Assembly: GCF_006345805.1 (NCBI RefSeq)
Contig: NC_043005.1
Coordinates: forward strand, 66,402,001 to 66,466,000
From: Octopus sinensis
Lineage: Eukaryota
Direction of reading: 5' to 3'
Length of the DNA stretch: 64,000 nucleotides
Position numbers and translations under genes: made by a program. The notes below the pieces were generated by a model. The model searched no databases. It saw only the letters and a list, made by a program, of their open reading frames with translations, and was not told where the DNA came from. Positions 1 to 12,460 of the stretch are shown here, one piece after another. The first letter of the stretch is position 1. Every line of letters starts with the position of its first letter.

Positions 1-989
1 TCATTCTGCGCATTCTGACACAATATACTTTATAGTATTTAAAATGGGTTTCTTAAAGATAATTATGTTTATCACAATTTTGCAAAATGATGTGAGCGTA
101 GAAATTTCAAATCAATTTTCAGTCAAATCCAATTTTCTCTGTACTGCTTCTCTATACTGTCTCACCCTATAAGAAAATTGATGTTGTTCACTCCATTGAA
201 GCAAGATGATTCATGTCAGTTCCAATGAGAAAGCCTCATAGTGTTAACTTATCCTGCTAGAAATAGCAACTAAATATGCATATGCTGCTGGGCAAGAGAC
301 AGTATAGCTATGTATAGAAAGTATTTGAACATTGGTTTGCTTGATAAATGTTGACGAGGATATGAATAATTATAGCAATCCCTCTGTCAGGATAGTCAGG
401 AATACTGCCTCACTTCATCCGATAAATTTTTCCAAACATCCAAAGAAAAGAGTAAACATTTATAGATTGCATATACTTCATTTATTAAGTATCATAGTTA
501 TAAAATTCCTTGAATATATAAATGTTTATCACTTGGAGAATATGAAGATACCCATAAAATGGATTACGATGTAGTCAGGCTATGAAACTTGTTCCAAAAT
601 GTCTTGTCCAATAAATATCTAAGCTACTGACACAAGATGTTGTTATTACAGTTATAAATCTTCAAAGTATTTAGTTTTTACTTCTGTACTACTTTTCCAT
701 TCTTTTTACGTATGTAAGCCAGAAAGGCTTGGTTGATAAATCCTTTCCTACTCTTAATTTAGAAATGAAGGCCCTTGCTTCAGATCCAGCTCGGTGCTAC
801 ACGACTTATCGTCAGACATATACAACTGGGATGGATTTGAACGACGGATCTTTCATTTCTTCGTAATCGACTAATCTCATTTAGAGTTAAATACTTGACT
901 ATTTAACAAACGGTTCTGCTTCAGCGCAATTCACAGGCTGAATCAGTGTGACAATGCATAACAGACCGAATATGGTAACCGTTTCAATT

Positions 990-1135
990 CCAGAAAAAGG
1001 ACGGACTTCCATACGTGTTCCGTCCATGAAATTTTGCCCACAGAAGCTGGAATGACACGCTGTTCTTGTAAAAAGCATCTACCCAATGTGCCACACAGTG
1101 GAATCGAACCCGGAACTATTGATAGTAAAGTGGTC
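990..1135 (-). mobile_element. SINE family A head, very degenerate
   Basis: Reverse complement gives TTCCGGGTTCGATTCCACTGTGTGGCACATTGGG. Confidence 0.5.
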
Positions 1136-1820
1136 TTCATATTCATGGGACCAACCTACGTCTGTTATTTTCCATATACCCGGGAAGAAGATACATGGTA
1201 TCGTGACTGGAGATCGTATTAACGAAATGTAGTGTAGATGTAAACAAGGAAAATATTTCGTCTCTAACAATGACGTTAATTAAAACTGTACCGTTCAGCT
1301 TCAGTCATCTATTTTTACAATCATTCTTTTTAACTATGCACACAAATAAGGAGAAAATGAGAAATATTGTTTGAATAGTTTTACATTTATATGACTGACA
1401 CAGAGCCAAGGAACAAGTGTTGGGGCGGAGGTGATCCGATACGCTAATAAAAGAAACCAAATAGGTGCAATATGAAGACAGACGCGAAAATAATTCTCTT
1501 TGAATTGGTTCATAATAATTCATAATAATTCATTCATTGATTCTTAATGTGTGATATCATTACTTAATTTATCGATTCTGGGGAATTAAATATCAAAATT
1601 AAGAATCTAAGGATATGAATCCGGAATCTACAGTCATTTAAAAACTGCGATTTTATAGTTTTATTTTTAATAGATATAGAATTCCTTAGAAAGGAACCGA
1701 TTCTTAATGGAGAGGAAATGCACACAATTTTTGGCAAGTAAAGCTCTATAAACATGTAATTGCAAAAGAATTAATGATAATATATTCAAGAAACACATGT
1801 CTCTAGGAATAAGAAATATT

Positions 1821-2034
1821 CTTTTCTACTCAAGGCACAAGGCCCGAAATTTTTGGCGAGGGGGACAGTCGATTAGATCGGCCGTAGTACGCATCTGGTA
1901 CTTAATTTATCGACCCCGAAAGGATGTAAGGCAAAGTCGACGTCGGCGGAATTTGAACTCAGAACTTAAAGACATACAAAACGCCCTCTAAACATTTCGT
2001 CCGGCGTGCTAACATTTCTGCCAGTTCGCCGCCT
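1821..2034 (-). mobile_element. tRNA-derived SINE family B, full length
   Basis: Head GGCGGCGAACTGGCAGAA, B-box GAGTTCAAATTCC. 17-bp TSD TAGGAATAAGAAATATT at 1804-1820 and 2035-2051. Confidence 0.9.
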
Positions 2035-2123
2035 TAGGAATAAGAAATATTACCTACACATACATGTACTACAAATTCACATACACATACGTATAATACA
2101 AATGTAAACAATAACACAGAAAT

Positions 2124-2339
2124 GTTGGTTTCAAGTTTTGGCACAAGGCCAGCAGTTTCGGGAACGGGACTAAGCCGGCTACATAGACTCCCCAGCTTGA
2201 CTGATACTTATTATATTGACCTCGAATTGGTGAAAGGTAAAATCGACCTCGGTGGAATTTGAACTCAGAACATCCAGACGAACGAAATGCCACTGCCCTT
2301 TTGTCCGGTTTTCTAACGATTGTGCCAGCCCACCGCCTT
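2124..2339 (-). mobile_element. SINE family B, diverged
   Basis: Same layout; 14-bp TSD AATAACACAGAAAT at 2110-2123 and 2340-2353. Confidence 0.85.
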
Positions 2340-3251
2340 AATAACACAGAAATTTAGAATTGACAAACAATTATGCAAAAGACTTAAACCTGTGTATTCA
2401 CAATTATACATCACATCAAATTGGTCAGATATATACACAGATTAATACAAACTCATATTCATAATATATATACGGACGCACATCAGCTTTCTAATTTAGA
2501 CAGGACAAGAACTCAACAAGCCAAGTGCCGTTTCACACCTTCAGACTGCAAAATAGGGATATTTAAATTACGTTGATATAGAGAGTTAACAGAGCGAGAA
2601 AGACCGGTGATGTTGAAATCTAGTTGAAGTGGATCTAGTAATGAAACTGAAAAGGTAAGTGAGATTTATGAGAAAGATAGAGGGATGCTGATTCCAACGA
2701 TTTCTTCATACAAAATGAAATGAAAAGTTGAAAGTGAAAAGCTGAAATAATTAGTATGTATGTAGTGGAGCAAATCTATTCAGTACCGGCAATTAGTGAT
2801 TTTACAGAGAGATCATAGACATATAACAAAATTGTAAGCGTTTCGCTCAACTATTCAAATACACATACACACACAGGCATGCACACATACACACACACAG
2901 CGAGACGTAAATGCAAACATTTACACGCTCAGATGTACACATACATTGACACAGAGAGAGCACATCACTGCACTTCTGAATTTACAAGTAGTCCTCTTCC
3001 TTTTCTTTCTTCTCAAAGGTGACATCTTCATACTTGAGCAGAGTACAGAAATCAATAATGGAACTTTGTAAAAGCAGTAGGAAGGTACCACCTTGTTTAT
3101 TGATTCATCTTACATATTTCACTATCAGCAAGCTCAAGGCTGAATTTTTCTTTTTTTTTTCTTTGTATATTTGTTAGAATATTTGTCAAATACATATACA
3201 AAAAGAATTTTTAAATGTAATTTTTGTCTTATTTTTTTGCTTTACAAATAT

Positions 3252-3254
<3 letters not shown>

Positions 3255-3303
<49 letters not shown>

Positions 3304-3579
3304 ATATATGTAAATGTGTATGTGTGTGTACATCATATACATACATACATATTTGTATATATAAAACACACGCATATGTATATATATATATATATATTAT
3401 ATATATATATGTATGTATGTATGTGCGTGTTTATGAATGTGTGCACATGTTTGTATATGTATATACGTGTACGAGGCCCATCTTGTATAAAATTGCTTCT
3501 CTCTGTGTTACTATGTATAGGCATGAGAATTATTTTGCTGCTGTATTTGTACATGCATATTTGTTTCTATGTGCTCACC

Positions 3580-3611
<32 letters not shown>

Positions 3612-3650
3612 GCTAACACACAGTTACATACGCACATACACGCGCACATA
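3255..3650. repeat. (TA)n/(TG)n/(CA)n compound microsatellite
   Basis: Direct reading. Confidence 0.95.
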
Positions 3651-3682
3651 CACTGCCCTATGAAATCATTATTGAAATAATT

Positions 3683-3770
3683 TCATTCTTTCGGGATCGA
3701 TAAATTAAGTACCACTGGCCCCCCTCCCCCAAAAGTTTGGGCCATGTGCCTCGAGTAGAAAAGAATAATA
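3683..3770 (+). mobile_element. SINE family B, 3' fragment
   Basis: GATAAATTAAGTACC...GTGCCTCGAGTAGAAAAGAAT. Confidence 0.75.
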
Positions 3771-3954
3771 TCTGATATTACAGAGTAGCAGAGACACAGA
3801 GATATTATTATTAACCTATATGTCTCGATTGACCCTTTACAATTTAGTAGATTTCTATTGACAATTAAACGAAACGTGCATTTTTTAAATTCATTTAATG
3901 CTTTTGCTTATTCTATTGTTGTATTTGCTTCATTCTTACATATTGACAACTTAT

Positions 3955-4346
3955 TGGAAGCACTCCGTCGGTTACGACGACGAGGGTTCCGGTTGATCCG
4001 AATCAACGGAACAGCCTGCTCGTGAAATTAACGTGTAAGTGGCTGAGCACTCCACAGACACGTGTACCCTTAACGTACGTTAAGGGTACACGTGATATTC
4101 AGCGTGACACAGAGAGTGACAAGGCCGGCCCTTTGAAATACAGGTACAACAGAAACAGGAAGTAAGAGTGAGAGAAAGTTGTGGTGAAAGAGTACAGCAG
4201 GGATCACCACCATCCCCTGCCGGAGCCGCGTGGAGCTTTAGGTGTTTTCGCTCAATAAACACTCACAACGCCCGGTCTGGGAATCGAAACCGCGATCCTA
4301 TGACCGCGAGTCCGCTGCCCTAACCACTGGGCCATTGCGCCTCCAC
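3955..4346 (-). mobile_element. tRNA-derived SINE family D, full length
   Basis: Head GGAGGCGCAATGGCCCAGTGGTTAGGGC...GGTTTCGATTCCC. 12-bp TSD TTGACAACTTAT at 3943-3954 and 4347-4358. Confidence 0.9.
4059..4094. repeat. Perfect 36-bp palindrome
   Basis: CACGTGTACCCTTAACGT followed directly by ACGTTAAGGGTACACGTG. Confidence 0.95.
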
Positions 4347-4737
4347 TTGACAACTTATAGTCATGCACTTTAATATCAGTAGCCAATTCATATACAAATA
4401 TGAGATGAACAGTGAAGATTCTAAGTGTTTATGGGACAAATAATCACATGAAAATTAAGCTTGCTTGTTATAGGTGTGTGATAGGCTTTTATCCCGTTTT
4501 CTTTTGTTTCCAGGCTCTTTTTTGTTTTATTTTTACTTGTGATGTTAAGTTACATTTGTTCTGTGAAAATATATGGAATATTTTGACTCTATAGCCACGC
4601 TGAATAGACAAATGTATTTCGCAGATTGACAAGTAGCTGTAATTTTGAAGATACGAAAAGGAATTCCAGTTGTCTTCTTGCTTCTGTTCATCAACACTTC
4701 CTAGACAATAATAATTCATTTAAATACGTATCCAAAT

Positions 4738-4870
4738 TTCTAAATGATTCCCGGACCAGGCTGTATGTTGTGTTCTTGAGAAAGACACTTTAACTTCACG
4801 TTGCTCCAGTTCACTCAGCTGTAGAAATGACGTCACTGGTGCCAAACTGTACAGGCCGTTGCTTTTTCCT
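4738..4870 (+). mobile_element. SINE family C fragment
   Basis: GTTGTGTTCTTGAG..AGACACTT...GCTCCAGTTCACTCAGCTGTAGAAATG. A further degenerate copy lies at about 5655-5785. Confidence 0.75.
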
Positions 4871-5214
4871 TGGATAATACACACACATATGTACCAGGGC
4901 CGTTGCTAAATCCCTGCAAACCCTGCGGTCGCAGGGAGGCCTCTGCGGTTGAGGGGTCTCACGTTAAGATCAAAGTACATAGATGAGCCATCTATTTATT
5001 TTGGTTAAGATGTTAACAGAAAATTTCCAGCCAGACCAGGAAAAAGATACGCGGTGTACTGTAAATAAATTTAAAAGAAACGAGAACAGTAAATGAAAAA
5101 GGCTTGTCAGTGAATTCCCTAGGCAGATAAAAGAAAATCGAAAGAAATCTCAAACAATGAAAATAAGAACAACTTAAACAGAAAAGACAAGCTAGAACAC
5201 AGGACAAAATGCAA

Positions 5215-5615
5215 AGTGGCATATTCTCCGTCTTTACATTCTGGAATCAAATTCTGTCATACATCATGCCTTACATCATTTTAGAGTCGATAAAATAAGA
5301 ACCATTGAAGCACTGGGGTTGATGTAGTCAACTAGCTCCCTCGCCTAAACACTGTTGGCCCTGTGTCAAAATTAAAAAACATTATATTAGTAATGTCTCC
5401 ATCAGAGGAGGTCTTCAGTATTTAAGGCGGCGAGATGCTAGGATCGTTAGCAAGTTGAATAAAATATTTAACGATATCATTTTCGGCTTGGTACGTTCTG
5501 AGTTCAAATCCTGCCGAGGTCAGCTTTGTTTTTTATTCTTTATGAAGCGATAAAATAAAGCACCAGTTAGATATGGGGTCATGCTGGCCTTGTGCCAAAA
5601 TTTGAAACAATTATT
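5215..5615 (+). mobile_element. Two adjacent degenerate family B SINEs
   Basis: About 5215-5385 and 5422-5615, each with B-box, GATAAAATAAG block and GGCC..GTG.CAAAAT tail. Confidence 0.7.
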
Positions 5616-6109
5616 GGATAATTAGTTTTTGTGTATCACCTTTATTTTATGTGGAACACATGGCTTAATACTTAAGATTTTGGACTCATGATCGTAATAT
5701 GATTTCAATTCCTGGACTGAACGATGCGTTTTATTCATGAGCAAAACACTTCACTTCACGTTGCTCAGATCCACTCAGCTGGTAAGCTTTAGCAATCCTG
5801 CAACTGACTGACATCTCGTTCAATGAAGACTACATACGTAAGAGAAACCAAGTAACTGGTCCTATACTTCTTAAAGAGTATTGTGGACGAACCGACCTTT
5901 AATGTATAAATGAATCACAAAATGTGGCAGTAATAGCCAATGCGGAGAATTCTAGGGTAATCAGATTTATGCTTAATGCTCCGACGCATTTACATAGCAG
6001 TGAACAGAAATAAACGCAGTTAACAGAAATGAAATTAGACAAACTGATGTCTACTAAGCAGGAGCAGTTAATAAAGAAAAGCGACTTTGATCCGTTAGTT
6101 CATCGTTCA

Positions 6110-6572
6110 TTCTTTCTTGTTTACTTGCTTCAGTCATTGAAATTCGGCCATGATAGGGCACTTCTTCGAAATATTTTAGTCGAATATGTCAGCCCCAGTA
6201 CTTACTTTCTTTGCGCTTGATATTTACTGTATCATTAAATTTGCCGAACCACTAAGTTACGGGGACGTAAACAGACCAACAGCGGTTGTCAAGCGGTCTG
6301 GGGGACAAACACAGACACAAAGACTCAAACATAGATATACACATATTTACATACCTTCACACAGACACACTCACACACACATACTCACCACACACACCAC
6401 ACACACAGACACACTCATACACACACATATTTACGACGGGCTTCTTTCAGTTTCCGTTCAGCAAATCCATTCGGTCCAAGACTATAGTAGGTCACTTGTC
6501 CAAGGTGCCTGACAGTAGAACTCAATGCAGAACTATGTGGGTGGAAAGCAAATTTCTTACCACACAACCACT
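6110..6572 (-). mobile_element. SINE family A, diverged
   Basis: Reverse-complement match to head, body and tail of 8002-8407. Confidence 0.8.
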
Positions 6573-7693
6573 TCTGAATACGTCAACAGATACTGTATTG
6601 TCATATTCCTGTTATATACAAAAAGAAAATATCTATCGTTGTGTGTTTGTTGAAAATGCCTGTTCTGAGTTTTTACACTGACTACTGAAATCTATATGAA
6701 AACACTGTCCGTTTCAACTACGAATTACTCTCAAATTATTTCACCTTATATGAGGCATATGATGAAAATTTGTCTGATTCTCACTGAAATATTTACGTTG
6801 CTTTTAATTAAAGTAAATTTGTTATCATGAAAGATGTTTGTCGCATTTGTTTTCTTGCTTTCCGTACTTTTCTTGACATCTATCTTCACACTCATTCTTA
6901 TAAAATAAGGTGAATAAGTTAGCATTTATCATAAATATAGCAATGAAATCAAACATATTTGACATTTCTTTCTTCAAAATTATCTCCAGTGGTTCTATCT
7001 GAATTCTTTGATTAGTTTTGTTTTATCTATTTGATTTTATTTTCAATTTTATTCGCTGGAGATGAGTAAATTTTGTTCTTATATCATTAAATAATAATAA
7101 CTAAATTAATAATTAAATGAAAACAACAAATATATCAGCAGAAGTCTATATTAAATTTAAGATGTCAACTTTTTGATGACTTTCATTTTTCATTAAAATC
7201 TAATTAGAAATCCATCTCGAAACTGCAATAATTTTCGTTTGTCCACTTCATAACCTTATTATTCACAAAGTGACTTGTCATATTTTAGTTTTGTTTTGGT
7301 ATCTCTTGATGTATTCTTAGCTTTTTTTTTTTTCAATGCAAGAGTAAATTTAGAATCACATAAAGAGTGAAATACGCATCTATATTTCTGGAGAAAGTGG
7401 CTTCAACAAAAATGTGTTAACAACATTTACACCGTGCAATAAATCTGCTTTCAAAATGACGGCAACAAGAATAATAGAGAAAAAAAATGGCGTCGGATAT
7501 AATTTGTAAATTAATAATAAGGAAGTCAGGAAGTGTCTTGAGAAAAAATATAATGAAAATTATGGAAGCAATATCAACCACGAAGAAAACATCTGCAGAG
7601 ACAGCTAAATGTGCAACGAATATAATTAGGGTAAGACGACCAAATTTAATCCCCAACGCATAAAGACACACACTCACACGCATATACGCACAT

Positions 7694-7782
7694 ATGGCAT
7701 ATTATAGACGGTATAATCGCACGAAAATGGCATATTATAGACGGTTTCATTGCGCAAACATGGCGTATAGACGGCATAATCG
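7694..7782. repeat. Three-copy 33-bp tandem repeat
   Basis: Units ATGGC...TATAGACGG...AT(C/T)G start at 7694, 7727 and 7760. Confidence 0.8.
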
Positions 7783-8001
7783 TTTGCCACCACTATATCA
7801 TACTAAGACCTCCTTCTGTCTCACAGTTATGACAATGTTCTAATTTCGCAGAGTATATTATCTTCAGGATCTACTCATCTAAATAAACTTAATAACCTTC
7901 TGTCGTTACAAGGTCGCGCATTCAAAATAAAGCGTTTTATTCAAGGCAACTGCATAAAGGTTGTAAAACTAAAAAAAAAAAAGAAAAGAAACATACACAT
8001 A

Positions 8002-8407
8002 GGCGCAGGAGTGGCTGTGTGTAAGTAGCTTGCTAACCAACCACATGGTTCCGGGTTCAGTCCCACTGCGTGGCATCTTGGGCAATTGTCTTCTGCTATA
8101 GCCCCGGGCCGACCAATGCCTTGTGAGTGGATTTGGTAGACGGAAACTGAAGAAGCCTGTCGTATTATATGTATATAAGTGTGTGTGTATATGTTTGTGT
8201 GCTGTGTTTGTCCCCCTAGCATTGCTTGACAACCGATGCAGTGTGTGTTTACGTCCCCGTAACTTAGCGGTTCGGCAAAAGAGACCGATAGAATAAGTAC
8301 TGGGCTTACAAAGAATAAGTCCCGGGGTCGATTTGCTCGACTAAAGGTGGTGCTCCAGCATGGCCGCATTCAAATGACTGAAACAAGTAAAAGAGAAAAA
8401 AAGAGTA
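8002..8407 (+). mobile_element. tRNA-derived SINE family A, full length
   Basis: A-box-like GTGGCTGTGTG.TAAG, B-box GGTTCAGTCC, CORE-like TTGGGCAA, internal TA/TG microsatellite and AGCATGGCCGCA...GACTGAAAC tail. Confidence 0.9.
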
Positions 8408-8499
8408 TGCTAAAAATGCTGAAAATCGTTTAAAGACCACATTGTATTGTCTTAAAAAGCGGAATGCCAAGCAGCACAATGTACTGCTGAAAAAGAATA

Positions 8500-8710
8500 A
8501 TGCCTGAAATGGAAAATAACATTCATATACCTGGAACCTATCTAATCAGAATTGAAGTGGATGTCAACAACAGGGTACACTTTATGCTAATCCTACACAC
8601 CGAAATCGAAACATATAAGCGAGTTATATCAGACAAAATGTATATAAAAATATTCCGTTCTTCCAAAATCTCAAAGAACAATAGACTACATACATACATA
8701 CATACATACA

Positions 8711-8741
<31 letters not shown>

Positions 8742-9160
8742 GTGCATGCATCCCTACATTCATACATAGATACATGGCCCAAAATCTGTTTGCAGTACCA
8801 GTACTCATACTAACATTTGGACTGCTTGAATGGACGCTTGGTGAGATCCGAGCCAATGATGTGAAAGCCCGAAAGGAATGTTACAGGTATCTAAGAGTGG
8901 ATGAAAATATATCTTACAATGGCACCTGTAACAAGACCCGTTTCAACAAAGGATAGTACAGCCGAATAAAGAAAATTTAGACCTCAGAACTATCTGCATT
9001 CAATAAAATAGTGGCCCACAATGTGTTTGCAGCTATTGATGTGAAAATCTGAAAAATACTAACAAGCACACATAAATTCCTTATAAACAGTGATTTAGAC
9101 TGCTTCGAACTAAAACGAGAACAAGGTGGAAGTGGGTTAGCATTGGTCCAAATTGTCTTT
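8500..9160 (+). mobile_element. R4/Dong-type RT remnants (two adjacent overlapping segments)
   Basis: AQNLFAVPVLILTFGLLEWTLGEIRANDVKARK, CYRYL..DENI, NKIVAHNVFA and DLDCFELKREQGGSGL match the post-RT motifs AINTFAVPVL..FG..W and D.DRLY..R..GGRGL. Confidence 0.7.
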
Positions 9161-9568
9161 TGATGTTGCATCATCCTTTCACCTGATGAGTTATGTGATC
9201 TCTTTCATAGACTTACACCTGTTGTTTTCCATATGAAAACGTGCACCCAGAGCTTTCATGCAGATCATAACTTCCCCGGAGCTATATAAATGATGTGCGT
9301 GTGTGTTTTTAAATGATTTCCATAATAAAGGTACCTCTTCAAAATGGCTCCCAGCAAACTGTCAAATTCTGTTTGAGCACTCAGCCCTGATTGCACACTT
9401 ATTTATGGAAAAAACAGCGGTGCGTTTATTAAAGTGATTACGTAAGTCTAGTTCTTATGTCATTCATAAATTCGAACCTCATTGTTTACTATAAAGAATG
9501 AGCATACTGATTTCTTTCTACTGGTATACATATGTACATACATAAATATATACATACATACTTACATA

Positions 9569-9715
9569 TGTGCTAAGTAGCTTGCTTACCAACCACATGG
9601 TTCCGAGTTCAGTCCGACTGCGTGGCACCTTGGGCAAGTCTCTTCCACTATAGCCTCGGGCCGACCAAAGCCTTGTGAGTGAATTTGGTAGACGGAAACT
9701 GAAAGAAGCCCGTCG

Positions 9716-9753
<38 letters not shown>

Positions 9754-9982
9754 GTGTGTGTGTGTGTATACGTTTGTGTGTCTGTGTTTGTCACCCCAAC
9801 ATCGCTTGACAACAGATGCTGGTGTGTTTACGTCCCCGTAAATTAGCGGTTCGGCAAACGTGAGAGATAGAATAAGTACTAGGCTTACAACGAATAAGTC
9901 CTGGGGTCGATTTGCTCGACTAAAGGCGGTGCTCCAGCATGGCCGCAATCAAATGACTGAAGCAAGTAAAAGAGTAAAAGAG

Positions 9983-9984
<2 letters not shown>
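9569..9984 (+). mobile_element. SINE family A
   Basis: Collinear with 8002-8407; head slightly truncated. Confidence 0.9.
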
Positions 9985-10021
<37 letters not shown>

Positions 10022-10183
10022 AAATCAAATTGCGATAAAATTTAAATAATTATAATCGCTGGTATTTCTAACACAAGCCATATATTTTCCATATATCAGT
10101 ACATTAAGGCGAAATATGTGCTAGGAACACAGAAGCTAGATAAATTAAGTGAAATGAAGATAAAAACATTTACTAACTCTGTT

Positions 10184-10259
10184 ACTCTCAGACTGCAGTT
10201 TCTTTCTTTTCACCAATAAAGATAATTTATTTGCTCAGGGAGAATTCATCAGTAAGAGC
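10184..10259 (-). ncRNA. Type I hammerhead ribozyme, copy 1
   Basis: Minus strand reads gcucuua-CUGAUGA-(43 nt)-GAAA-C-UGCA-GUC|ugagagu. Stem I is 7 bp (2 G-U). Stem III is 2 bp with palindromic ACUGCAGU. Canonical GUC triplet, with predicted cut between 10191 and 10190. Stem II is weak (UUCU/AGAA after an A-A mismatch). Confidence 0.8.
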
Positions 10260-10580
10260 CCTGTTGTTCTGAGATCCTAACTCACTAGAAGCATGTGCTT
10301 CTAATGATTTACTCTCTCTAACTAATCAGATCACTGCGCAGACTCCGAACGTCCCGACAAAACTAGGGATTTCTGGTATATCGTCTAGCGCTCAAAATTT
10401 ATCGAGAAATATGTAAACAAATCAAATTGCGATAAAATAAAAATAATTATAATCGCTGGTATTTCTAACACAAGCCATATATTTTCCATATATCAGTACA
10501 TTAAGGCGAAATATGTGCTAGGAACACAGAAGCTAGATAAATTTAGTGAAATGAAGATAAAAACATTTACTAACTCTGTT

Positions 10581-10656
10581 ACTCTCAGACTGCAGTTTCT
10601 TTCTTTTCATCAATAAAGATAATTTATTTGCTCAGGGAGAATTCATCAGTAAGAGC
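10581..10656 (-). ncRNA. Type I hammerhead ribozyme, copy 2
   Basis: Same core, stem I and stem III as copy 1, exactly 397 nt away. Predicted cut between 10588 and 10587. Confidence 0.8.
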
Positions 10657-10743
10657 CCTGTTGTTCTGAGATCCTAACTCACTAGAAGCATGTGCTTCTA
10701 ATGATTTACTCTCTCTAACTATATATATAAATTCAGCAAAAAC

Positions 10744-10810
10744 AATTAAGATTCAAGCGAATTCCAATGAATTCAAATGAATATGGTACTTAACTTAGAT
10801 GCACCAGAAT
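10744..10810 (+). repeat. Dispersed repeat shared with 63935-64000
   Basis: AATT.AGATTC...GAATTC...ATGAATATGGT.CTTAACT..GATGCACC.GA occurs at both loci, about 80% identical. Confidence 0.7.
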
Positions 10811-11174
10811 TCTTTATGATATTAACCATAAAATAATGTGGGGTGATTACAACCAAGAAAAAAGCAACAAGAATGGATTAGTAGTTTAGTACAATTGTTT
10901 CATACTAAGAGCAATTTTATTTGAAGCCGCAAATATTGCAGCAAATACAAATGTCCAGTATTCATCAGCTAAATCACATATATGTTTTCCAAACATCCTA
11001 GAGGGTTTGATTATCCTCATGAAGTATTAGGAGTGAGTTCTATGAAATTTACAGTCAAATTATAAGCAGACTTAAAATGCTTTCTAATGATGCACAGTTT
11101 TATAAAAAGTTTTTAAAAAGATTGTTAACTTCCCAGAGAAGGTGAATCCATCCATAAAAATGTTTTTTCTTGGT

Positions 11175-12460
<1,286 letters not shown>

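Larger units (their letters stand above)
10017..10721 (-). mobile_element. Retrozyme-like tandem element: 397-bp unit, about 1.8 copies, one hammerhead per copy
   Basis: 10017-10324 recurs at 10414-10721 (offset 397, about 4 mismatches in 308 bp). TA-rich flanks on both sides. Each copy carries an HHR core on the minus strand. Confidence 0.8.

Noticed and set aside
2590-3100. Plus-strand splice-like signals (AAG|GTAAGT near 2655 and a pyrimidine tract ending CAAAG near 3018)
   Set aside because: No consistent reading frame or linkage; such motifs arise by chance at this scale.
4270-4346. tRNA-like sequences (also about 17395-17465, 57460-57532 and the heads of families A and B)
   Set aside because: They are SINE heads with A/B boxes, broken acceptor and anticodon stems, and attached SINE bodies with TSDs; not tRNA genes.
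4893-4960. CAGGGCCG start and CCCTGCG/CGCAGGG hairpin resembling a hAT end
   Set aside because: No partner terminus or 8-bp TSD found.
7417-7683. Hydrophobic 88-aa minus ORF resembling GPCR TM6-TM7
   Set aside because: No NPxxY or other family motif, it starts in a CA repeat, and T-rich strands give hydrophobic ORFs by chance.
8774-8956. 60-aa ORF resembling a signal peptide plus a class B GPCR-like cysteine motif
   Set aside because: Better explained as R4/Dong RT motifs (FAVPVL..FG..W and YRYL), continuous with flanking RT remnants.
9183-9230. Isolated CUGAUGA words (also near 10963, 19196, 29804, 41978, 47286, 50368, 55817, 61315)
   Set aside because: No matching GAAA, stem III and stem I nearby; expected by chance.
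10017-10721. Interpretation as a TRIM or mini LTR element
   Set aside because: The repeats lack TG...CA ends, and no PBS, PPT or 4-6 bp TSD was found.
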